In this document: positions 57,391 through 64,000 of the stretch, in pieces
How positions within the stretch are numbered: the first letter of the stretch is position 1
How the letters are laid out: the number at the start of each line of letters is the position of its first letter
DNA from: an uncultured bacterium
Lineage (GTDB): Bacteria; Pseudomonadota; Gammaproteobacteria; Pseudomonadales; JADFDG01
DNA length: 64,000 nucleotides
Direction: 5' to 3'
NCBI GenBank assembly: GCA_965232985.1
Contig: CBDDRC010000043.1
Location: forward strand, 78,091-142,090
Notes under the pieces: generated by a model
What the model saw: the letters and a program-made list of their open reading frames with translations, nothing else
What the model was told of the DNA's origin: nothing
Database searches by the model: none
Translations under genes and position numbers: made by a program

Positions 57391-59007
57391 ATGAGCAACG
57401 CCGGGCGCATTCTGCAAGTTCTCAACACCGTTGCCCGCTATCGTTTGTTGGCACTGCTGCCTGGCCATCCGCTGGTCTGGCCGGCGCGGGCGCTGCTGTG
57501 GCTGTTCCCGGCGCGCTGGCTGCCGGCGCCGATGGCGCCGGAGGCCGCGCGCCTGCGTCTGGCGCTCGAAGAACTCGGGCCGATTTTCATCAAGCTCGGC
57601 CAGCTGTTGGCGACGCGCCGCGATTTGTTCGACGATGCCGTCTGCGACGAGCTGGCGAAGCTGCAGGACCAGGTGGCGCCATTTCCCGACAGCATCGCGC
57701 ACGCGATGATCGCCCGCGCCCTCGGCACACCGGTGCCCGAAGCGTTTACCCGCATTGAGGCAACGCCGCTCGCCGCCGCATCGGTGGCACAGGTCTATGC
57801 GGCACAACTTGTCGACGGCACCGACGTCGTCATCAAGCTGCTGCGCCCGGGTATCGCCGCCGCCATCGAAGCCGATCTCTCGGTAATGCGCATGCTCGCC
57901 GGCGTGCTGGAAAGCACGTGGCCCGAGGCACGCCTGTTTCGGCCAGCGCATATCGTCGCCCAATATGCCGATACCATCCACGCCGAGATCGATCTGCGCC
58001 GCGAAGCGCAAAACAGCGAGCGCATGCGCCTGGCCTTCGAGCGCTCGCCGTTGCTGTATGTCCCGCGCATGCACATGCATCTGGTGCGCGAAACGATGCT
58101 GGTGATGGACCGTATGCACGGCATACCGGTAACCGACACCGCTGCCATCGATGCACTCGGCATCGACCGCCGGCTGCTGGCCACACGTGGCGTCGAGATT
58201 TTTTTCACTCAAGTTTTTCGCGACAATTTCTTCCACGCCGACATGCATCCGGGCAACATTTTTGTGTCGCGCGAACATCCGCAGTCGCCACAGTACATTG
58301 CCATCGACTGCGCGATTGCCGGCAGCCTGACGCGCGACGACCAGTTGCTGCTTGCCCGTCTCACGCTCGCCCTGATGCAACGCGACTGGCGGCGCCTCGT
58401 GCGTCTGGTCGACGACAACGGTTGGCTACCAGCCGGTACCGACCTTGACGGGTTTTGTCGCGAAGTCGAGGCAATTACCGGGCCGGTCATGGACCGGCCC
58501 ATTGCCGAAGTGGCGTTCGCACCCACCGTGCTGAAACTGTTCGCGCTGGCGCGGCGCCATCACGTCACTGCCCCGGTGCAGTTCATGCTGCTGATCAAAA
58601 CGCTGGTGCACATTGAAGGGCTCGGCCGACGCCTTTATCCGCAACTCGACATCTGGGGTATCGGCCGGCCGCTGCTTGAAGAATGGTTGTACGCACAGTT
58701 CAGCCCGCCGGCCATCGCGAAGGAACTCGCGCGCGCTGTGCCCGACTGGCTGGCGGGCCTGCCGGATCTGCCCCGTCACCTCGACGACGCCTTCCGCGCC
58801 CTGCGCAACACCGAGCGGCGTGCAGCAGCCGCCCGCGACGAAATGATTGCCCGCGAGCAGCGTCTGCTGCGTATCGTGGTAATGACCGGCACCGGCAGCG
58901 CGCTGCTGCTGGCCGGCGTGCTGCTGGTCGGCATTGCCTTGCACCCGGCGGGTCCCTGGCTGGCCGGTGCCGGCGTTGTCCTGCTGGCGTCAGCATTGCG
59001 TCACTGA
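57391..59007 (+). CDS. ubiB: Ubiquinone biosynthesis protein kinase-like UbiB (ABC1/ADCK family)
   Basis: 538 aa. It has LGPIFIKLGQLLATRRDL, ASVAQV, VIKLLRPG and FFHADMHPGNIF motifs, plus C-terminal TM helices. Confidence 0.9.
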   Translation: MSNAGRILQVLNTVARYRLLALLPGHPLVWPARALLWLFPARWLPAPMAPEAARLRLALEELGPIFIKLGQLLATRRDLFDDAVCDELAKLQDQVAPFPDSIAHAMIARALGTPVPEAFTRIEATPLAAASVAQVYAAQLVDGTDVVIKLLRPGIAAAIEADLSVMRMLAGVLESTWPEARLFRPAHIVAQYADTIHAEIDLRREAQNSERMRLAFERSPLLYVPRMHMHLVRETMLVMDRMHGIPVTDTAAIDALGIDRRLLATRGVEIFFTQVFRDNFFHADMHPGNIFVSREHPQSPQYIAIDCAIAGSLTRDDQLLLARLTLALMQRDWRRLVRLVDDNGWLPAGTDLDGFCREVEAITGPVMDRPIAEVAFAPTVLKLFALARRHHVTAPVQFMLLIKTLVHIEGLGRRLYPQLDIWGIGRPLLEEWLYAQFSPPAIAKELARAVPDWLAGLPDLPRHLDDAFRALRNTERRAAAARDEMIAREQRLLRIVVMTGTGSALLLAGVLLVGIALHPAGPWLAGAGVVLLASALRH

Positions 59008-59084
59008 TCTGCAAGTATTTCGTCATCTTTGGCCCCTACCGTGGCTGTGCTTCCCATTCCCGCCATCTTCACGGGTGCACAGCC

Positions 59085-61316
59085 ATGGCAAACCAAGCGC
59101 AGAATAATGACGTCGATTTCGACGCCGATATCATTACCAACGAATCGCACAACGATTACCTCGGCGAATGGGTGGAAACGCGTGTCTCACGCCGCCAGGT
59201 CCTCGGTGGCGGCCTGGGCGCCGGCGCCGCCATGATGCTGGGCAGCTTCGCCCTCGCCGGTTGCGATGACGACGATCCGGCACCGGCGGCTGGCGCGCCG
59301 GCGCTCGGCTTCACCGCCGTCGCCAAAAGCCTCGACGACATCGTCTATGTGCCGGCAGGCTACTCCTTCTCCGTGCTGTATGCGCTCGGCGATCCGATCG
59401 ACGGCAGCACGGCAGCCTGGACAGATGCCGGCACCGAGAGCGGCAATTCTTATCGGCAACGCGCCGGCGACCACCACGACGGCATGGCGTACTTCGGGCT
59501 CGGCGATGATGGCCGCGATGACGACAACAGTGATCGCGGCATCCTCTGCATCAACCACGAGAACATCACCCAGGTTTACCTGCACGCAAGCGGCTCGACC
59601 TTCGCTGCCGATGCCGTCCGCAACACCAATGAAGCCACGCGTGAACTGTATGCGCACGGCATCAGCGTGATCGAAATCGAAAAGGACAGTAACGGCGTTT
59701 TTCAACTAATCGCAGGTTCTGCCTACAACCATCGCATCACGCCAACCACGGCAATGGAATTCAGCGGCCCGGCGGCCGGATCACGCTTTCTGGTCACCCC
59801 ATACGACAGCACCGGTTACAGCGGCCGTGGCACCATCAACAACTGCGCCAACGGCCAGACTCCGTGGGGCACCTACATGACCTGCGAGGAAAACTGGGCG
59901 TTCTACTTCCAGCGCGACAACGACACCGCCGAACGCACCGAGGACGATGACCTGCTGCTGCGCCGCTATGGCATCAAAACCGGCAACACCGGCAGCTACA
60001 AGTGGTCAACGGTAGCCAGCGGTGACGATCCGGACAAAATTTTCGCGCGCTGGAATGCTACTGCCGCGAACGGCAATGCCGACGATGGCTCGGAAGACTT
60101 CCGCAACGAACCAAACACCTTCGGCTGGGTGGTGGAAATCGACCCGTTCAATCCGGACGCCACGCCGAAGAAACGTACGGCTCTGGGTCGCGGCGGCCAC
60201 GAGGGCGCCGTCTTTGCGCCGGCAACAAGCGGCAAGCCGATTGTCATTTACATGGGCGACGATGCGCGCTTTGAGTACCTGTACAAATTCGTCTCTGCCG
60301 AAAACTGGAACCCGGACGACGCCGCTGCCGGCCTTACGGCCGGCGACAAGTACCTCGACGCGGGCACGCTGTATGTCGCGAAGTTCGCCGCCAACGGCAG
60401 CGGCCAGTGGCTCGAACTGACACACCTGAAAAATGGCCTCACCGGCGACAATGCCGTGTTCGCATTCACCTCGCAGGCGGCAGTGGTCGTTGCGGCGCGT
60501 CTCGCCGCCGATGTCGTCGGTGCCACCAAAATGGATCGCCCGGAGTGGACGGCGGTAAACCCGCGCAACGGCGAGGTCTACATGACCCTCACCAACAACA
60601 GCCGGCGCGGCGACGGCAGCGTATCGAGCGAATGGGCCGAACAGGCAGCCGGCGCCGACATCGCCGTCGATGCCGCCAATCCGCGCTCGTACGACTCCGC
60701 GTCCGGTTCGTTCTCGTCCAGTCTCAACGGCAACGTGCACGGCCACATTATTCGCTGGCAAGAGGCAGGCGGCGTCCAGTCGGCGACAACATTCACCTGG
60801 GACATCTACCTGTTCGGTGCGCCAGCCAACACGCAGAAATCCGGGGTGTTCGCCGGCACCAACCTCTCGTTGCTCGATGACAGCAACGACCTGTCGAGTC
60901 CGGATGGCCTCTGGTTCGATGCGCGCGGCATGTTGTGGATCCAGACTGACGACGGCGCCTATACCGACACCACCAACTGCATGATGCTGGCCGCTGTCCC
61001 GGGCAAGGCGGGCGACGGCGCCACCTACGACGTGCCGAAAATCTCCGGCACGCAAAAAACCTATGTCGGCGAGGCACCGGGCAGCAATCTGCGCCGATTT
61101 CTCGTGGGTCCGAAGGGATGCGAAATCACCGGCGTGTGCATGACCCCGGACTACAAGAGCCTGTTCGTCAACATCCAGCACCCGGGCGAGGACGGCGACC
61201 TTGCCGCCTTCCAGAGCCACTGGCCGGATATCGAGAACAATCCCGCCAGCACTGCCCGCCCGCGCTCGGCTACCCTCGTGATCCGCCGTGACGATGGTGG
61301 CCAGATCGGCGTCTGA
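59085..61316 (+). CDS. phoX: PhoX-family alkaline phosphatase (DUF839 beta-propeller), Tat signal plus lipobox
   Basis: In-frame ATG at 59085. SRRQVLGGGLGAGAAMMLGSFALAGC is a twin-arginine signal ending in LAGC. The body has GDHHDGMAYF, TINNCANGQTPWGTYMTCEEN, SPDGLWFD and QHPGE blocks typical of PhoX. Confidence 0.85.
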   Translation: MANQAQNNDVDFDADIITNESHNDYLGEWVETRVSRRQVLGGGLGAGAAMMLGSFALAGCDDDDPAPAAGAPALGFTAVAKSLDDIVYVPAGYSFSVLYALGDPIDGSTAAWTDAGTESGNSYRQRAGDHHDGMAYFGLGDDGRDDDNSDRGILCINHENITQVYLHASGSTFAADAVRNTNEATRELYAHGISVIEIEKDSNGVFQLIAGSAYNHRITPTTAMEFSGPAAGSRFLVTPYDSTGYSGRGTINNCANGQTPWGTYMTCEENWAFYFQRDNDTAERTEDDDLLLRRYGIKTGNTGSYKWSTVASGDDPDKIFARWNATAANGNADDGSEDFRNEPNTFGWVVEIDPFNPDATPKKRTALGRGGHEGAVFAPATSGKPIVIYMGDDARFEYLYKFVSAENWNPDDAAAGLTAGDKYLDAGTLYVAKFAANGSGQWLELTHLKNGLTGDNAVFAFTSQAAVVVAARLAADVVGATKMDRPEWTAVNPRNGEVYMTLTNNSRRGDGSVSSEWAEQAAGADIAVDAANPRSYDSASGSFSSSLNGNVHGHIIRWQEAGGVQSATTFTWDIYLFGAPANTQKSGVFAGTNLSLLDDSNDLSSPDGLWFDARGMLWIQTDDGAYTDTTNCMMLAAVPGKAGDGATYDVPKISGTQKTYVGEAPGSNLRRFLVGPKGCEITGVCMTPDYKSLFVNIQHPGEDGDLAAFQSHWPDIENNPASTARPRSATLVIRRDDGGQIGV

Positions 61317-61447
61317 CGGCCAAAAACAGTGGTGGGGGCTTAAGGAAAGGGTCGGTTCGCCGGCACTTTTCCTGACCCGGCGCGCAACGGCCACGCGGCC
61401 AGTGCGGTATCCTTGTGGCTCGCCACCCGGATTGCGTGCCGCCCGCC

Positions 61448-61777
61448 ATGACCGACATTCTCGACGCCCTCTACCAGACCATCGAACAGCGTAAACACGC
61501 TGACGCCGGCACGTCGTATGTCGCGCAACTGCATCGTCAGGGCATCAACCAGATACTGAAAAAAGTCGGCGAAGAATGTGCCGAGACGCTGATCGCTGCG
61601 AAGGACGCCGCCGTCACCGGCAATACTCACGATGTCGTCAAGGAAACCGCCGACTTGTGGTTTCACTCTTTGGTGATGCTCTCGCATCTGGGCGTCAGTC
61701 ACCGCAATGTACTCGCCGAACTGGAGCGTCGTTTTGATCTCTCCGGCCTTGCCGAAAAAGCCGGCCGCAAGTCTTGA
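61448..61777 (+). CDS. hisE: Phosphoribosyl-ATP pyrophosphatase
   Basis: Start at [16 protein letters not shown] ... SYVAQL ... [15 protein letters not shown] ... [13 protein letters not shown], the canonical HisE pattern. Confidence 0.9.
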   Translation: MTDILDALYQTIEQRKHADAGTSYVAQLHRQGINQILKKVGEECAETLIAAKDAAVTGNTHDVVKETADLWFHSLVMLSHLGVSHRNVLAELERRFDLSGLAEKAGRKS

Positions 61778-61815
61778 TCGTACCGTCAGACACATCATTT
61801 CAGGAGCAACGCACC

Positions 61816-62067
61816 ATGATCAGTACCGGCCAGATTATTGTCATTCTTATCGTCGTCCTGTTGCTGTTCGGCACCAAGCGCCTGCGCAACATCGGGGGTG
61901 ATCTCGGCGCCGCCATCAAGGGCTTCAAGAAGTCGATGAGCGACGGCGAAAACGAGGCTCAGCAGCCACCGGCGCAACCACCGAACCCGCAAATTGCCCA
62001 GCCGCAGCAACCGGGCAAGCAGGTGATCGACCAGTCAGCGCAAAAGCAGGACGACCACAAGTCCTGA
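61816..62067 (+). CDS. tatA: Twin-arginine translocase subunit TatA
   Basis: Start at [45 protein letters not shown] lies upstream. Confidence 0.9.
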   Translation: MISTGQIIVILIVVLLLFGTKRLRNIGGDLGAAIKGFKKSMSDGENEAQQPPAQPPNPQIAQPQQPGKQVIDQSAQKQDDHKS

Positions 62068-62086
62068 ATAACTGCACCGCATCGCC

Positions 62087-62515
62087 ATGTTCGATATCAG
62101 CTTCGGCGAACTGCTTGTTTGCGCGATCATCGCGCTGCTGGTGCTCGGCCCCGAACGCCTGCCTGGTGCAGCGCGCACCCTCGGCCGCTGGGTCGGCCGT
62201 GCCCGCCACACCGTAAATCACTTCACTGACCAGATTGATCGCGAAATCCGCGCCGAGGATCTCAAGCGGCGTATCGAGGACGAGATGAAGAAGGCTGGCG
62301 TCGATGACATCAACCGGCAGGTCAGTGAAGCGTTGCACGCACCACTACCATTGATAGGCCCGGATCACCGACCCGATCCGGGCAACAACAGGATCGCGCC
62401 GCCGGCCACTGCTCCTGATATCGTTCCCGCGCCGCTACATAACGCTACGCCTGGCACCGATCCCGAGCCAACGGCAACACAAACAACTCTTGCTGTCGGC
62501 GACAAGGCGCCATGA
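62087..62515 (+). CDS. tatB: Twin-arginine translocase subunit TatB
   Basis: MFDISFGELLVCAIIALLVLGPERLPGAARTLGRWVGRAR is the canonical TatB N-terminus. Confidence 0.85.
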   Translation: MFDISFGELLVCAIIALLVLGPERLPGAARTLGRWVGRARHTVNHFTDQIDREIRAEDLKRRIEDEMKKAGVDDINRQVSEALHAPLPLIGPDHRPDPGNNRIAPPATAPDIVPAPLHNATPGTDPEPTATQTTLAVGDKAP

Positions 62516-63279
62516 GCAAACGGTTGTCGGAGCCTCCCCGCGAACAGACGCTGATTGAGCACCTGCTCGAATTGCGCAACCGCTTGCTGCGCACCGTCAT
62601 CGTGGTGCTGGTTCTGTTCCTGGCGCTGCTGCCATTCGCCAACGAAATCTATCAACTGCTGGCCAGACCCCTGCTCGACGTAATGCCCAATGGCACATCC
62701 ATGATTGCCACCCAGGTCGCAAGCGCGTTCATTGTGCCGATGAAGCTCACCGGCTGGGTCGCGTTGTTCATTGCGATCCCCTATGTGCTGTACCAGGCCT
62801 GGGGGTTCATTGCCCCGGGCCTTTATCAACACGAGAAACGTCTTGCGGCACCCATCCTCATCTCCAGCGTGCTGCTGTTCTACGCCGGCATGGCGTTTGC
62901 CTACTTCCTGGTTTTCCCGCTGGTATTTTCCTTCATCACCGCAACGGCGCCGGTCGGCGTGCAGGTCATGACGGACATCGACGCCTATATGTCGTTCGCA
63001 CTCACCACCTTCCTTGCCTTTGGTATCGCCTTCGAGACCCCGGTGGTGGTCACGCTGCTGGTGGTCACCGGCATCACCAGCACCCAGGCCATGGTCACCG
63101 CGCGACCCTATGTCATCGTCGCCGCGTTCGTCGCCGCCATGGTGCTGACGCCGCCTGACGTGTTGTCGCAATTTCTCATGGCGATACCCATGTGCCTGCT
63201 GTTCGAGCTCGGACTGCTTATAGGCAAAATGATCGAGAAGCGACGCGCGGCCACCCAAGTCGACGCCCCCCACACTTAA
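62512..63279 (+). CDS. tatC: Twin-arginine translocase subunit TatC
   Basis: 255 aa with six TM helices. LIEHLLELRNRLL and PGLYQHEKR motifs are present. It overlaps the tatB stop. Confidence 0.95.
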   Translation: MSKRLSEPPREQTLIEHLLELRNRLLRTVIVVLVLFLALLPFANEIYQLLARPLLDVMPNGTSMIATQVASAFIVPMKLTGWVALFIAIPYVLYQAWGFIAPGLYQHEKRLAAPILISSVLLFYAGMAFAYFLVFPLVFSFITATAPVGVQVMTDIDAYMSFALTTFLAFGIAFETPVVVTLLVVTGITSTQAMVTARPYVIVAAFVAAMVLTPPDVLSQFLMAIPMCLLFELGLLIGKMIEKRRAATQVDAPHT

Positions 63280-63445
63280 TGTTTCTCCTGCGGAAGATGC
63301 CTTAACTGCTTGAAAGATTGTTTTTTTTACCCAACCGGGTATCTTTGCCTGTAGCCGGGCGAAGAATGAACGCTTCCGGGCGCGCTTATGATGTCGGCGA
63401 GAACAACAAGACCGGCCCCAGGGTCCGGATTGACGGAGAGCACTT

Positions 63446-64000
63446 ATGACCAAGTTCCTTGCGCGTGGCCTGATGATGGTGCTGGCGGCGCTGATGCTGG
63501 CCTCCTGCGGCGGCGGCGGTGATGACGCGGTCGCTCTGCCGGGCATTTCCAGCTACACGCTGACCGTTGCGACTGTCGACGCGAGCACCGGCACGCCGGT
63601 GACACAGACTTCTGCCGCTGCGCCGCTGCGCATCGTCGCAACGCTGTTGGCGCCCACAACCGGTGCCCCGGTCCCGGGAGCCACCATCCAATTTGGCGCG
63701 ACGGTTGGCCGGCTGGCCGGCGGCTCGGCGCAAACTGACGGCGCCGGTGTCGCGTCGGTCGTTCTGAATGCTGGCTCAACGGGCCCAGCGGCAGGCACCG
63801 TCACCATCCTCTTTACAGATCCGGCCGGCAACGTCGCGACCGCGGCGCAAGCCGTTACCACCACGGGTGATGAGTCCACCGGCACGGGCGGCACGGGCGG
63901 CACGGGCGGCACCCCAACGACTGCCGGCCTCAGCATAACGCTGGTAGCCCGCGACGGTGCCGGAAACGCCATCAGCACTACGAACCCGGTGACGTCCCTC
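63446..64000 (+). CDS. Lipoprotein with bacterial Ig-like (Big_1/invasin-type) repeats; 3' end off window
   Basis: Not in the ORF track because there is no stop. ATG 63446: MTKFLARGLMMVLAALMLASCGGGG is a lipobox. This is followed by ...ATIQFGATVGRLAGGSAQTDGAGVASVVLNAGSTGPAAGTVT, typical of Big_1 domains. Confidence 0.6.
   Translation, partial: MTKFLARGLMMVLAALMLASCGGGGDDAVALPGISSYTLTVATVDASTGTPVTQTSAAAPLRIVATLLAPTTGAPVPGATIQFGATVGRLAGGSAQTDGAGVASVVLNAGSTGPAAGTVTILFTDPAGNVATAAQAVTTTGDESTGTGGTGGTGGTPTTAGLSITLVARDGAGNAISTTNPVTSL
63881..63913 (+). repeat. 3.6 x 9-bp tandem repeat (GGCACGGGC) inside the Ig-like lipoprotein gene
   Basis: GGCACGGGC GGCACGGGC GGCACGGGC GGCACC encodes a (GTG)n inter-domain linker. 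Confidence 0.6.

Noticed and set aside
57184-58380. 398-aa minus ORF opposite ubiJ/ubiB
   Set aside because: It is an antisense shadow with Arg/Gln/Ala-rich composition.
58683-59084. N-terminal extension of the phoX ORF back to 58683
   Set aside because: It overlaps the ubiB 3' end in another frame and is Arg/Pro-rich. ATG 59085 gives a proper Tat signal peptide.
61317-61447. Possible hisI remnant upstream of hisE
   Set aside because: I translated the frames by eye. There is no HisI-like C-terminal motif (Cys-rich CHTG..SCF block), so the stretch is treated as plain intergenic DNA.
60006-63546. Minus ORFs 60006..61394 (462 aa) and 62365..63546 (393 aa)
   Set aside because: They are antisense to phoX and to tatB/tatC respectively, and are shadow ORFs.

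Overview
This is a GC-rich proteobacterial chromosomal segment, and most of it is conserved housekeeping synteny. I recognised no rRNA, tRNA or CRISPR array by eye. All family calls come from reading the translated ORFs; no database search was run.

Gene blocks, in window order:
- Cytochrome c5 (partial), aguB, and a Spy/CpxP-like gene.
- arsC.
- A WYL-regulator gene followed by recC-recB-recD, with ATGA-coupled junctions.
- cysC.
- yajQ / slyX / a GGDEF gene.
- hemE-gltD-gltB, an AAA+SPOR (DamX-like) gene, aroB-aroK, and pilQPONM divergent from mrcA.
- rpmE / priA, argS, an FtsN-like SPOR gene, and hslVU.
- purEK.
- ubiE-ubiJ-ubiB, phoX, hisE-tatABC, and a partial Ig-like lipoprotein.

The HslV 'MEQMHGTT' pro-sequence and the gene order suggest a betaproteobacterium. 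That is an inference, not a searched result.

The non-ordinary content is concentrated in two visibly AT-richer islets.
1. Region ~3.5-6.65 kb holds two ParE/RelE-type toxin-antitoxin modules. Each ends in a structured, attC-like repeat with GGCTAAC ... G|TTRRRY boundaries. One of these repeats is split by an IS110/IS1111-family insertion sequence that has 12-bp inverted repeats and a long 3' non-coding tail. That tail is a candidate bridge/seek RNA.
2. Region ~19.8-21.8 kb holds a single mazEF module bounded by the same repeat type, wedged 3 nt after cysC. Next to it is a DUF4143-type AAA ATPase gene with a palindromic AT-rich leader.

Other points worth a second look:
- The WYL regulator is apparently co-operonic with recCBD.
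- An orphan colicin/pyocin-immunity-like small ORF follows a desaturase gene.
- The DamX-like ATPase has a Walker-A K->R substitution.

I did not find a clear multi-gene novel system. The attC-like cassette / IS1111 / guide-RNA complex and the WYL-recCBD operon are the best candidates.

Many long ORFs in the track are antisense or out-of-frame shadows of real genes, as is typical of high-GC DNA, and were rejected.
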